Notes: generated by a model from the sequence alone, not told the origin. Positions 18,865 to 29,387 are shown, numbered from the stretch's first letter. The stretch: 64,000 bases of DNA from an uncultured Prevotella sp. (GCA_944320255.1 CALUGU010000002.1:10706-74705), one strand, 5' to 3'. Translations and numbers: made by a program.

Positions 18865-19587
18865 TCAGGCGTTCTTCTCCTTCCCGACGTTCAAAAGGAA
18901 AAGAGGATTGCCGATGACATACCTGCGCCACATCCTGCGCGGCTCTTTCACTAAGCGGTAAAGCCATTCGAGCGAATGCTCCTGCCACCAGCGCGGGGCC
19001 CGCTCGTAAGTCCCGGCGAAGAAGTCGAACACCGCGCCTATCGTCCCCACGTGGCAATGGATGTTCAGTTCGTCCCAATGCGAGTAAGCCCACTTCTCCT
19101 GCTTTGGCGCCGTCATGCCTATCCAAAGCAAATCCGGGTCGGCGTCGTTGATGGCTTTCACTATCGCGCGGTTGTCCTCGTCGCTGAACTCCGGCTTGTA
19201 AGGAGGCGAATACGTCACCACCTCAATGGCCGGATACGCCTTTTCAGCTTTTTCTACGATTAAGTCCAACACCTTCGGCGAGCTGCCCATGAACATACAC
19301 CGTCCGCCTGTCTCGTTGAGCCTTGCCATCTCGAACTCGAACAAGTCCCAGCCTGCTACGCGCTCCCGTGGTTGCGATTTGCACTTCAGCCATCTGCAAG
19401 CCTTCACTATGCTCGCCCCGTCAGGTATCAGATAGTCGCCCCGACTCAACGCCTCGGCAAACAGTTCATCCTTTTGCGCCGTGTTGAACGAGTGCGCGTT
19501 TATCGTGTTTATCAGCACCTTACCCTGCGGAATGTCCGCCAAGGCCGCCTTTGACTCAAGGATGGTCAAGTCACTTAGTCTAAGCAT
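18865..19587 (-). CDS. WecB/TagA/CpsF-family glycosyltransferase
   Basis: INTINAH, LIPDGAS, ERVAGWDL, LWIGMTAPKQE, GAVFDFFAG, LEWLYRL. Confidence 0.92.
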   Translation of the reverse strand: MLRLSDLTILESKAALADIPQGKVLINTINAHSFNTAQKDELFAEALSRGDYLIPDGASIVKACRWLKCKSQPRERVAGWDLFEFEMARLNETGGRCMFMGSSPKVLDLIVEKAEKAYPAIEVVTYSPPYKPEFSDEDNRAIVKAINDADPDLLWIGMTAPKQEKWAYSHWDELNIHCHVGTIGAVFDFFAGTYERAPRWWQEHSLEWLYRLVKEPRRMWRRYVIGNPLFLLNVGKEKNA

Positions 19588-19633
19588 CGAATTATTTAAT
19601 TTGCATTATACGGGTTGCATAATTTCTTTATAT

Positions 19634-20674
19634 TCACTCAGCCAATTCAGCGTATATACGCCTAATCTTAGCATTTACATTGTTAACATTAAAAATCGTC
19701 TCAGACAATTCTGTAGACTTCAATGAAATCCGGTCTCTCAAGTCTGCATCTGACATCATCCGCTCCATTTGCGTAGCCAAGGCATTAACGTCGCCAGGAG
19801 CAAACAGCAGCATATTAACGCCGTCTTGCGCCACGTCTGGAATACCGCCTACAGGAGTGGTCATCACAGGCAAGCCATAAGCCCAGGCATCGAGCACCGC
19901 CATCGGGAAGCCCTCGGCGTAACTCGGCAAGCAGAACACCGACGCTTCCTTGAACGCCTTGTCCTTCGCCTCGCCAGACACCCAGCCCAAGAACACCGTC
20001 TGCTCCGCTATGCCAAGCCGCGCGGCCAACGCCCGCCCCTGCTCCACTTCGCCATTACCTGCAAAAACAATCTGCCAGTCATGGAAGTTTCCGGCAACCT
20101 TGGCAAACGCCTCAATCATATCCTTATACCCCTTGCGGGCGTTCACCGTACCGGCATAAAGTATTTGTTTCTTTTTCTTATAAGCACGTGGATACGCCTT
20201 TGCCGTGCAAGGGTTATACACCACACGCACCTTGCCATTCAAATCGAAAGCCGCAGTCACGTATTTCTTCCAAGTTTCTGAAAGCACTATCACAGCATCC
20301 GCTTTCGTGAAAAGGTAGCGGTAAACGTTTTTATACTTTCCGTTTATCGTGGTGTCGGGCGAAAAGGCGTGGAAATGCACTATCACTTTTTTACAGGCCA
20401 GCTTTGCCAACGCCATAAACAAGCATTTGCGCATGGCCGAAGGCGGTTCGCTTGTATGGATGTGAACAATCCTGCACCACGGCAACAGGACAACAAACTC
20501 AAACAAGCCCTTCAACAAATAAACCAATTTCCACACCACCCCGCGGTCGATGTGCGTCTCAATCCACCTGCAATGGTACTCCTTCCACTGCCTGCCCGTC
20601 TCGTGCGCTTTCACAACTGAAGTTATGCCGCCTCGCGTCTTGCGCGACGTGGCGACAACAAGAACCTTTGTCAT
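19634..20674 (-). CDS. Glycosyltransferase family 4
   Basis: GT-B fold: LYAGTVNARKG, FCLPSYAEGFPMAVLDAWAYGLPVMTTPVGGIPD. Confidence 0.9.
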   Translation of the reverse strand: MTKVLVVATSRKTRGGITSVVKAHETGRQWKEYHCRWIETHIDRGVVWKLVYLLKGLFEFVVLLPWCRIVHIHTSEPPSAMRKCLFMALAKLACKKVIVHFHAFSPDTTINGKYKNVYRYLFTKADAVIVLSETWKKYVTAAFDLNGKVRVVYNPCTAKAYPRAYKKKKQILYAGTVNARKGYKDMIEAFAKVAGNFHDWQIVFAGNGEVEQGRALAARLGIAEQTVFLGWVSGEAKDKAFKEASVFCLPSYAEGFPMAVLDAWAYGLPVMTTPVGGIPDVAQDGVNMLLFAPGDVNALATQMERMMSDADLRDRISLKSTELSETIFNVNNVNAKIRRIYAELAE

Positions 20675-20708
20675 ACTAATTCGTATTTTGACTGTGGGTT
20701 ATCAAAAA

Positions 20709-20840
20709 GGAGTTAACAGTAGAGACGCAAAATTTTGCGTCTGCATAACGAACAAATGTCAAGTTGCTGTAAGATATGGTATTATCCGTTAACTCCGGCG
20801 AGTGAAACGAGTCTGACTCCTGTTAACTACTGATAACTCC
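20709..20840. repeat. GGAGTTA-lattice element with terminal inverted tracts (homolog at 54144..54284)
   Basis: Shares CCGTTAACTCCGGCGAGTGAAACGAG exactly, plus AACGAACAAATG and ACTCCTGTTAACT, with the second copy. Confidence 0.8.
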
Positions 20841-21276
20841 AGAATTATGATACACCTTCATTAGAATGTAACAGGCCTGATAACACCGAATTTTAACAAC
20901 CGGTTAATCCATTCACAATCGCTTTCCTTGAACGCCTGCGGCCATATCCTTGCCAAACAACGCAACACGTAGGCAACTATCAAGATTTAAACAGAATTCT
21001 TTATCACCTGTCATTTTTTGACATAATGCTCTGGTTTGCAGCAATTTACATTCTGACAGAGAAGCAATGTACCTGTCAGCAGTCCATACACCTCGCCTGA
21101 CAGAGGCTGACACTCGCCTTAATCATCTGTCAGCCGGTAACAGGCTGATTATCTGCCAGTTGCACAGAAACTGACAGATGACGGGAAAATACGATCGTTT
21201 TATATGATTATGTAATTACGAAATGCCGCCAAATACATTGCAAGACACGGTGTTTCGCCTTGCCGTTTGCGGCCTT

Positions 21277-21654
21277 TCACACGGCAAAAAGCCGCCTTTG
21301 GTTTTCCAGCTCCTCACGCTTCAGCCTCTCGCCTTCAGGATACAGCTGCCTTTCATGCTCAAGAACCTCGTCAACAGAGAACCTGAACTTAAGCACTTTT
21401 GCCGGCACGCCGCCGATAATGGAATAAGGAGGACAGCTCCGCGTCACCACGGCACCGGCCGCGACAACCGAGCCACGGCCGACGGTGACGCCGGCCAAGA
21501 GAGTCACATTTATGCCAAACCAAGAGTCGCCTTCTATCACAACGTCCTTATCATCGTCCGCACTCTTGCCATAGTCGCCGTCGAACATGAAACGACCTAC
21601 ACATTTCACGTTATGGTTGCCTGTTATTATCTTCAAATAAGGGGCTATCCCCAT
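21277..21654 (-). pseudogene. Hexapeptide-repeat O-acetyltransferase, apparently 5'-truncated
   Basis: IITGNH...[51 protein letters not shown]; an in-frame TGA lies 7 codons upstream of the ATG, so the usual N-terminal part is absent. Confidence 0.55.
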
Positions 21655-21727
21655 TTCATATAAAGGAATACTCCTTCATCGCACAAATCAATGTTTTATG
21701 TAAAATTCAGATAGTCTCAAATTCTTT

Positions 21728-22891
21728 TCAGCCACCAATAACTTCATTATAAAAATGTATATATAATTCTGCTATATTATCCGGTGAATATCTGTTTAGA
21801 TTGCTTACATTAATTCTTTCATCGTATTTTTTATTTTTAATTATCCATTTCATTTTCTCATACAAATCGTCCTTATCTTTTTTGTTAAAAATGCACCCAT
21901 ATTTTAAATCTTTTACAATATCAATAAGACCTCCACTATTTGCCACAAGAAGATAAATATTGTGAGCGGCAGCTTCAATTGCCACTCTTCCAAAAGGTTC
22001 TGGCCATAATGACGGGATAATTAAAATATCTATATTTTGGAAAAAGACATTGCTCTTTTGATACCCCATAAATGTAATTCTTGGATCTTTATATCTTGAC
22101 TTTAAATAAGTCATATACGTTTTGCTGCCATTTCCTGCAACATAAAAATGAGCACAAGAATCTTTTACACGGAGAAAACTGTCTAATGCTAATTCCAACC
22201 CTTTAGCTTTAACAATCCTACCAATAAAACCGAATCTTATATTTTTATAACTCACATTTTTTTTCTTTTCCACTGTAAGGAATGGGTTAGGAATTATTGA
22301 TTTGCATATTGCATTCTTAAAATATCCATTTTGTAAATGAATATTAAGTATAAAGCTGCTGACACCTACAACTCCATCCACATAATTTGAATATTGTTTT
22401 TTTGAGAGATTAAACATTCTACACAACAAACATTTTCCATTACAAGAACAACCATATCTTTGTAAAGAACGAGCACAAACAAGATAATAATCTCTTAATG
22501 TATGAATTATTGGTATATTAAGTTTTTTAATTTGCCGCCATAGTACACATGAGAAACCTTGAATGCAATTTGTATGTACGATGTTGGGGGCAATTTCATT
22601 TATTATTGAGGAAATTTTATTTGCAGACTTAACATCATATAAATCATTCATCATCCATACAAACTTTCTTGCTTTACTCCATTCAAGAGTCTCTATAAAT
22701 GAAGTTTTATAAAGTTTTACATAATAAATTGTATAAGAATCTTTTACAATTATTTCATCCTTATCGCCTTGCGTTATAACATAAACGATATGCCCTTTTT
22801 TACTTAAACATTCAGCTAAAATACGCGTAGATATTTGAGAGCCTCCATTAATGTTTGGCCAATATACTGAATTTATTATTGCTATTTTCAT
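21728..22891 (-). CDS. Glycosyltransferase family 4 (AT-rich)
   Basis: GGSQIS, FGFIGRIVKAKG, IIPSLWPEPFGRVAIEA. Confidence 0.88.
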   Translation of the reverse strand: MKIAIINSVYWPNINGGSQISTRILAECLSKKGHIVYVITQGDKDEIIVKDSYTIYYVKLYKTSFIETLEWSKARKFVWMMNDLYDVKSANKISSIINEIAPNIVHTNCIQGFSCVLWRQIKKLNIPIIHTLRDYYLVCARSLQRYGCSCNGKCLLCRMFNLSKKQYSNYVDGVVGVSSFILNIHLQNGYFKNAICKSIIPNPFLTVEKKKNVSYKNIRFGFIGRIVKAKGLELALDSFLRVKDSCAHFYVAGNGSKTYMTYLKSRYKDPRITFMGYQKSNVFFQNIDILIIPSLWPEPFGRVAIEAAAHNIYLLVANSGGLIDIVKDLKYGCIFNKKDKDDLYEKMKWIIKNKKYDERINVSNLNRYSPDNIAELYIHFYNEVIGG

Positions 22892-24044
22892 TACATTTTA
22901 TTTTAGCAGTTACAATGTATGTAAATACGAAAGCCATCCAAAATGGATATGAGCGTTGCAATAAAAGAAGGAAAAATAAAAAAATATAACCAAAAACTTC
23001 TTTTTTATTTATAGTTCGCATTCCCGTAAGCAAATAAAATAAAAATATAATTATATATGAGATTATACCATACCTCATTATAAAAACTTGAAAACCTGGT
23101 CCAGACGCATCTAAATCTTCAGTAGCCTGTTTACCTATACCCCAAAACAACTCAGAGGAAGTTAAATTAATAAATGACATTCGTGCTCCATAGTTGATTC
23201 TATTGTTTCCTGAAATTCCACGTTCTTCATCAAATTCCAATCTCTCAATAATTAATTCATTCACCAAATTTCTTCCATCATTGTATGATCTAACCATATA
23301 AAATACAATGAAACAAGATATTGACAAAGTGAGGACATTTAATATTGAGACCTTATTCTGTATTTTTATTAATAAAAATCCCAACCCACACAGAACATAA
23401 GCCGCAAGTGAAAACGTAAAGCACAATCCAATAAACAAGATTACTACAAATTTATCACGGAAATCAAATTTATTAATATACAACAGCAATGATATTACCA
23501 TACCCAAATGCCCCGGCTCACAAAAAACGGAATGAAATCTATAATGGTAAAAATCATTTATCAATAATATCCCATAATTATAATATTTATAAATTGAAGC
23601 TGCGCCTTCGTAAGTAATCTGCCCTAATGAAGGTAAATAACCTATAAGAAGAATTATAAAATAAAGCGGAAGTGATAGCAATATAATTATTGCCAAATTT
23701 TTAGTAAAACAATGCAAGATTGAATATTTATAAACATTCTTCATGAATAGTAAAATAAATACGATTAAAGCATAAATTATGCAAGAAATACATTTCTCAA
23801 TACTTTCAAAAGCATCGTAAGCAAAAACCTCTCCTATAAAAAATAAAAATATAAGCCAATAGTGATGTTTTCTATTCGCATAAAAAACATATGGATATTT
23901 ATTTAACATTAACAATAAAATTAAAAATATGAACAAGTAGAAAAAGCCACTATTAATATACCAAAACAAGTAAAAATTCATTGATTTAATAAATCCTATA
24001 AATAGTGCAAATTTCAACAATCTGAATAATTGTCTTTCTCTCAT
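22848..24044 (-). CDS. wzy: Polysaccharide polymerase Wzy-like membrane protein (AT-rich)
   Basis: About 10 TM helices, RFHSVFCEPG motif, large periplasmic loop; lies between glycosyltransferases near wzx. Confidence 0.65.
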   Translation of the reverse strand: MRERQLFRLLKFALFIGFIKSMNFYLFWYINSGFFYLFIFLILLLMLNKYPYVFYANRKHHYWLIFLFFIGEVFAYDAFESIEKCISCIIYALIVFILLFMKNVYKYSILHCFTKNLAIIILLSLPLYFIILLIGYLPSLGQITYEGAASIYKYYNYGILLINDFYHYRFHSVFCEPGHLGMVISLLLYINKFDFRDKFVVILFIGLCFTFSLAAYVLCGLGFLLIKIQNKVSILNVLTLSISCFIVFYMVRSYNDGRNLVNELIIERLEFDEERGISGNNRINYGARMSFINLTSSELFWGIGKQATEDLDASGPGFQVFIMRYGIISYIIIFLFYLLTGMRTINKKEVFGYIFLFFLLLLQRSYPFWMAFVFTYIVTAKIKCNENSNNKFSILAKH

Positions 24045-24919
24045 ACTTTACTTTTTAGGTAACTAAATAAATCAAATATAAACTGCTTGTATGAAACTAG
24101 ATTGTAATAATATAGAGTTTCATTGATAAGAAAAAAAAGATTTATATCATACGCTTTTTTCAATAAACCAAAACAATCGTTCTTCTTATCATCCATTCCT
24201 TTTTTATGTAAAAACATATTTCGCTTTGCACGTTCTTTAATTCTCGAATGAATAACTTCTTTTGATAAAGTGTATGATAAGCTATTAGAACTTATTGTTA
24301 TGACATAAATTATATCTCCACAGACCTTTATATTCTTTGCATAAAAATCAGCTTTTGTAGAAAATAGGATGTCGTTTCCAGATACAACTTCTTCAAAAAA
24401 AATATTGTTCTCTATCAAAAAATCGTATCTAAACACCTTATTCCAAACATCAAAGATTTTAAATCTAATATCAACAGATTTCATTAAATAATTCGATATA
24501 TGCCGATTTATTAATGTATTGCGATTTGCAGGTTCCAATGTTTTTGAATCACAACTATCGACCATATAATAAAAAATATCATAATCATATTGTTTACTAA
24601 CAATATCATTCAAAATTTTACGTAGATGTTCAGAATAAAAGTCATCAGCATCTGCAAATAGTATCCATTTCCCATTAGCGTGTTGCAGGCCAATATTTCT
24701 AGCATATCCAGCACCTTTTCCTTCTTTTGTTAAATAGATTTCCGTATTTACTCTATCTTTTCCTGGGAAATTATTAAAATCAACAATTCTTGAATCACTG
24801 TCATCATCAACAATTATCACTTGGATGTCATCCCTATCTGGTATAGAATCTATACATCGTTGCAATAATTTTGGAGTATTTTTATGCGGTATAATAATAG
24901 AAAAGTTGTAGTTCTTCAT
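24041..24919 (-). CDS. Glycosyltransferase family 2 (AT-rich)
   Basis: SIIIPHKN, IIVDDDS, GAGYARNIG, ILFADADD. Confidence 0.92.
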   Translation of the reverse strand: MKNYNFSIIIPHKNTPKLLQRCIDSIPDRDDIQVIIVDDDSDSRIVDFNNFPGKDRVNTEIYLTKEGKGAGYARNIGLQHANGKWILFADADDFYSEHLRKILNDIVSKQYDYDIFYYMVDSCDSKTLEPANRNTLINRHISNYLMKSVDIRFKIFDVWNKVFRYDFLIENNIFFEEVVSGNDILFSTKADFYAKNIKVCGDIIYVITISSNSLSYTLSKEVIHSRIKERAKRNMFLHKKGMDDKKNDCFGLLKKAYDINLFFLINETLYYYNLVSYKQFIFDLFSYLKSKV

Positions 24920-24943
24920 TTTTTATTATTTTCTAACTAACAA

Positions 24944-26482
24944 TCATTTGACAATTCTATGCAAATAAGAAATGATTTTATCATTAATTTTAACTCGTTC
25001 CATCGACGTTATTCCACACAAATATACAATTATAGCTACAATCGAACAAGTTATGAAAGATGTTAAAATAAACGCACCCAAACTTACAGGAAAAAGATTA
25101 TTTATATAATGAGCACTCACAATACAGAATGTTCCAAGTACAAGATTTTTTCCAACTACTTTAACAGCAAAATACCGAAGCCTGTAAACCGGAACTAATC
25201 GCTTTAATACGATGAAACGAGCAAATAACCCAATCAAAGTAACCAATACCGTCGGATACATTGCCATATATGGCTTTCCTCCAAAAAACAGTATCAAATA
25301 AGCCAATGGGAGTTCGCATAACATAATTATACAAATTAATATTTGAAAAAACTTTATATTACCCGTTGCGTGTAATGCGGTAACCAACGGTTGCGACATA
25401 GAATTGATTAATGCGGAAATCAAAGCTAACAACAAAAATGTAGATGTGTATTCTGGAACTATTCCTAACCAAAGTTTCAATAGATAATCAAGATTAATCA
25501 TCACAGGAATCGAAATAAATGCTAGCAGGAAGAATGAATAACGACAACCGGCGTAAACAAGCCTGACGCTTTCGGCTGTGTTGCCTGCGGCGTATTGTTT
25601 GGTTATCTGTGGGTTCAGGGCCATCATAAAGTTTGTTGAAAAGCCTGATATAATGCCGTTTACCTGCAACGCCACTCCACGCGCGGCATTGACGACCGTA
25701 CCGAAAAACAGGTTAAGGATGACGTTCGCCACTTGGTCTTTGAACGAAAAGCCCAAATTGCCGACCACGCTCCAACCTGCAAAGGAGAACATTTCCCTAA
25801 ACAGGCTTTTGTCAAAGCTGAAACGGTAGGTGCATTCATCAAAATGGCGTTTGCAATAAATGCCGTATGTGAGCCTGACGACCAACGCAACGCCAAACAC
25901 GAGGACGCTATAGATAGTCAGTTTATCATAGTTTATCAAAAGCAACAAATAGACAATAAGCAGCTTCAACGCAACCTCAAGTATGCTGATATACGCGAAA
26001 GCGTCCATGTGTTCATGGGCTACGATGCATGAATTGTAAGGCACGCTGACGACAGTAAGCATGAACGTGAATATCGAGCATTGGTAAACCCAGTTAGCCG
26101 CAGTCATGCGTGAGGGGTCGATGTTCAAGTGCGTGTTAACAAACCAAAGACCGACAGTCTCCGCCACGACAAATATTATCACTGCAAGCACGGCATGGAT
26201 TGTCACCGACGTGCAAAATATCTGCTTAAGACGCTGCCGGTCGCCACGGCCAAGCTCGAACGATATGAACCTTTGCGAGGCCGCCGTCAACGCGGAATTG
26301 AGGAATGAAAGCATGGCGACAATGCCGCCGACAACGTTGTAAACGCCGTAATCGCTCACTCCCAAGGTGTTGAGAACCACGCGGCTGGTATATAACCCAA
26401 CCGCAATGGTCAACAACATCCGGAAGTAAAGCAACAGCGTGTTTTTGGCAATACGCCTGTTGTTCCCCATTGTTTGAGACAT
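24944..26482 (-). CDS. wzx: Wzx/MATE-like polysaccharide flippase
   Basis: RIAKNTLLLYFRMLL...SRVVLNTLGVSDYGVYNVVGG; 12-14 TM helices. Confidence 0.88.
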   Translation of the reverse strand: MSQTMGNNRRIAKNTLLLYFRMLLTIAVGLYTSRVVLNTLGVSDYGVYNVVGGIVAMLSFLNSALTAASQRFISFELGRGDRQRLKQIFCTSVTIHAVLAVIIFVVAETVGLWFVNTHLNIDPSRMTAANWVYQCSIFTFMLTVVSVPYNSCIVAHEHMDAFAYISILEVALKLLIVYLLLLINYDKLTIYSVLVFGVALVVRLTYGIYCKRHFDECTYRFSFDKSLFREMFSFAGWSVVGNLGFSFKDQVANVILNLFFGTVVNAARGVALQVNGIISGFSTNFMMALNPQITKQYAAGNTAESVRLVYAGCRYSFFLLAFISIPVMINLDYLLKLWLGIVPEYTSTFLLLALISALINSMSQPLVTALHATGNIKFFQILICIIMLCELPLAYLILFFGGKPYMAMYPTVLVTLIGLFARFIVLKRLVPVYRLRYFAVKVVGKNLVLGTFCIVSAHYINNLFPVSLGAFILTSFITCSIVAIIVYLCGITSMERVKINDKIISYLHRIVK

Positions 26483-26491
26483 AAGCCTGTG

Positions 26492-27742
26492 TCAGTCGCG
26501 CCGGAATATGTCCCTCGTGTAGACCTTTTCTTTCACGTCGTCGAGGCAGGCGTCGTAGCGGTTGGCGATGATGGCCTGGCTCTGCTGCTTGAAGTCGTCG
26601 AGGCTGTTGACAACTTTGCTGCCGAAGAACGTGGAGCCGTCGGCGAGGGTAGGTTCGTAGATGATGACTTCCGCGCCCTTGGCCTTGACGCGCTTCATCA
26701 CGCCTTGGATTGACGACTGGCGGAAGTTGTCGCTGTTAGACTTCATCGTCAGGCGGTAAACGCCGATGACGCAACGCTTTTCTTCATCCGGATTAAAGTC
26801 GCCGCGGTTGTAATAGTCGTAATACCCGGCCTTGCGGAGCACGCGGTCGGCGATGAAGTCCTTGCGCGTGCGGTTGCTCTCGACGATGGCCTGGATTAGA
26901 TTTTCAGGCACGTCGGCGTAGTTGGCCAGCAGCTGCTTGGTGTCTTTTGGCAGGCAATAGCCGCCGTAGCCGAACGAGGGGTTGTTGTAATGAGTGCCTA
27001 TGCGGGGGTCGAGACACACGCCGCTGATGATGGCCTGCGTGTCGAGTCCTTTCATCTCGGCGTAGGTGTCAAGCTCGTTGAAATATGACACGCGCAGGGC
27101 GAGGTAGGTGTTGGCAAAGAGTTTCACGGCCTCGGCCTCAGTAGTACCCATAAATAAGGTGTCTATATTTTCCTTTATCGCCCCTTCCTGCAACAAGGCG
27201 GCGAACTCGCGGGCGGCTTTGTCGAGACGCTCGTCGCCTTCGGGACGGCCTACGATTATGCGACTGGGGTAGAGGTTGTCGTAAAGGGCCTTGCTTTCCC
27301 GCAGAAATTCAGGTGAGAAAATGATGTTGTCCGAAGACATTTTCTTCCGTATCATCTCTGTATATCCTACCGGGATGGTGCTTTTTATCACCATTATCGC
27401 TTTCGGGTTGACGCTTTTCACCAACGAGATTACTTCCTCCACGTGGCTCGTGTCAAAATAGTTTTTCACGGGGTCGTAATTCGTCGGTGCTGCTATGACC
27501 ACATAATCGGCGTCGGCGTAAGCCTTGGCACCGTCGAGCGTGGCTGTCAGGTCGAGGTCTTTCTCGGCAAGATATTTCTCAATGTAATCATCTTGTATCG
27601 GCGACTTGCGCTGGTTTATCAAATCTACTTTTTCGGGAACAACGTCTACAGCCGTGACATGATGGTGCTGGCTGAGGAGCGTCGCGATGCTAAGGCCTAC
27701 GTAGCCTGTGCCGGCTACGGCTATTTTCAAATTCTTATCCAT
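26492..27742 (-). CDS. ugd: UDP-glucose 6-dehydrogenase
   Basis: Start refined to [16 protein letters not shown]; [34 protein letters not shown]. Confidence 0.95.
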   Translation of the reverse strand: MDKNLKIAVAGTGYVGLSIATLLSQHHHVTAVDVVPEKVDLINQRKSPIQDDYIEKYLAEKDLDLTATLDGAKAYADADYVVIAAPTNYDPVKNYFDTSHVEEVISLVKSVNPKAIMVIKSTIPVGYTEMIRKKMSSDNIIFSPEFLRESKALYDNLYPSRIIVGRPEGDERLDKAAREFAALLQEGAIKENIDTLFMGTTEAEAVKLFANTYLALRVSYFNELDTYAEMKGLDTQAIISGVCLDPRIGTHYNNPSFGYGGYCLPKDTKQLLANYADVPENLIQAIVESNRTRKDFIADRVLRKAGYYDYYNRGDFNPDEEKRCVIGVYRLTMKSNSDNFRQSSIQGVMKRVKAKGAEVIIYEPTLADGSTFFGSKVVNSLDDFKQQSQAIIANRYDACLDDVKEKVYTRDIFRRD

Positions 27743-27810
27743 ATATATTAAGAAATTAAAGATGTCTGGTACGACAGTCTTCGGAAAGCCATCACACGGC
27801 CATGCGGTAC

Positions 27811-28827
27811 TTACATCGCCTTTCCATACTCCTCCAGGTCGGCGATGACGTCGCGCTGCTTGGGCGTCAGCTTGGTTTTGTCCCAAAGGGCGGTGACGGC
27901 CTCGGCGGCGCGGCGGTGTTTAGGGTCGCCCGTGGCGGCGTACATCGAGGCGAGGATGAAAGCGCGGGTGGTGGCGTTGGTGACGGCGGGCAGGGCGGCG
28001 CGGCACTCCCAGGCGTAATAGTCGCGGCGGGCGGCGTCGCCGAGCACGGCGTGGCTCATCATCATGAAGGCCAGGTATTTGGCGCGGATCTTGTCCGACG
28101 GTATGCTCACGCCGCCGAAGCGGGCCACGAAAGCCTCAACGTGGCGACGGTCGGCGGCGGCCACGCCCTGCGGCGTAAGGCTGGCGCGCATGGCCCGGCG
28201 TATGCGTGGATAGTAGCTGTCGAGCTTCTTGTAAAGGTGCTTGCCGTCCTTGGCGAAGGCTATCACCTTGATGTATTCGGGACGCACCGTGAGCGTGGAG
28301 ACGGTGAAGCGGTTGCACACGTCGATGACTACGCAGCCGCCGTCTTTGCCTTTCTGCGTAAGCAGCACGCCCTCGACGCCTGAGAAGGGCCCGCCCATTA
28401 TCCTCACCCTGTCGCCCTTGCCAAGCGTGGCGCGGCAGGGCGGCAGACAGGGCATCGTGCCAGCCAGGGCGGAGGCTATCAGCTGCATCATGCGCATCTC
28501 CGGGTCGCCGACGTAAAGGTAGTCGCCAGCGGCGGCTGTCTTAGTGCGGCGTATCGGGTTGTAATGCGGGTGCGCCCGGCGGAACCCGCTGATTTCAGCC
28601 GCATCCAGGCGGACGAACACATAGTTGAGGTAAAGGGGCTTCTCTACAAGGCGCGCCTTGCCGCCCGCCTTGTCTACGTCAATGAACACGGGCGCGAAGT
28701 ATTCAAGCGGGGGCAGGAAATCCCTGCGCCGGCGGCGGTCCTCGGCGTCGAGCTCGTCCTTAGCCTTGTTGTTCGACTTAGGCAAACGGAATATATACCA
28801 ACGTTTTTCTTGTTTTTGTGTTGGCAT
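27811..28827 (-). CDS. upxY: UpxY/NusG-family transcription antiterminator with a C-terminal helical (UpxZ-like) extension
   Basis: NGN domain (WY..., [15 protein letters not shown]), KOW ([18 protein letters not shown]), then about 145 extra residues; first gene of the polysaccharide operon. Confidence 0.85.
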   Translation of the reverse strand: MPTQKQEKRWYIFRLPKSNNKAKDELDAEDRRRRRDFLPPLEYFAPVFIDVDKAGGKARLVEKPLYLNYVFVRLDAAEISGFRRAHPHYNPIRRTKTAAAGDYLYVGDPEMRMMQLIASALAGTMPCLPPCRATLGKGDRVRIMGGPFSGVEGVLLTQKGKDGGCVVIDVCNRFTVSTLTVRPEYIKVIAFAKDGKHLYKKLDSYYPRIRRAMRASLTPQGVAAADRRHVEAFVARFGGVSIPSDKIRAKYLAFMMMSHAVLGDAARRDYYAWECRAALPAVTNATTRAFILASMYAATGDPKHRRAAEAVTALWDKTKLTPKQRDVIADLEEYGKAM

Positions 28828-28968
28828 CAAAAAACGTATAAGCGCAGTCCTCTCCTTTACCAGATTGTGTAACTATCTGATATACAAAGGTTTTACTGAA
28901 ACAGCCGTACAACTTGGGAAAACTTTCAAAATAATGCGTCCAAGAAGCCGGCGTTTTACCGGAGCCGC

Positions 28969-28976
28969 CATTATTG
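28969..28976 (-). promoter_or_regulatory. -7 promoter of the polysaccharide operon
   Basis: Minus-strand TACTTTTG about 140 nt upstream of upxY. Confidence 0.6.
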
Positions 28977-29186
28977 CACGAGGCAGACATCCTGCTGCAA
29001 AAGTAATTAAAATATCAGAAATAATGTACGCTTCATATAGAAAAATATTCGTTTATTTGTTTTTTTGCCGTAAAAAAGAGGAAACAAAGCTGTAGGAAAA
29101 CGGGCAAACGGGCTGGCAAGGGACGAGGAGACAATCCTGCGGGGGACAAGCGAACAAGCGGACGAAGGCTGGCGGCTGGCTGAACA

Positions 29187-29384
29187 CCCCCTATCGGGCA
29201 TCAGGCCGCATAAGTCCGGATATTGCATACACTCATACTCTTTGCCTGACATAAACACATGGGCAGCCTAAAGGGCTGACGACCGATTGGGGTTAAACCC
29301 AAATCGGTCATTAGACTTTATCCGTATTTCGTGCTGCCGTCAGGCAGATTGTTTTTAGTGGCCTGACGACCGATTGGGGTTAAA
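29187..29384. mobile_element. Two tandem MITE-like units separated by TTAAA
   Basis: Unit B 29298..29379 (CCCAAATCGGTCATTAG...CTGACGACCGATTGGGG) has TTAAA on both sides; unit A 29187..29292 has a degenerate left end and the same right end. Confidence 0.6.
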
Positions 29385-29387
29385 AAC

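Noticed and set aside
21050-21180. CTGACAG/CTGTCAG cluster as a regulator-binding array
   Set aside because: Spacing is irregular and it resembles the other heptamer lattices; there is no specific support for a regulatory role.
22256-24140. A8/T8 runs in glycosyltransferase genes as phase-variation tracts
   Set aside because: Such runs are expected by chance in very AT-rich DNA and the frames are intact.
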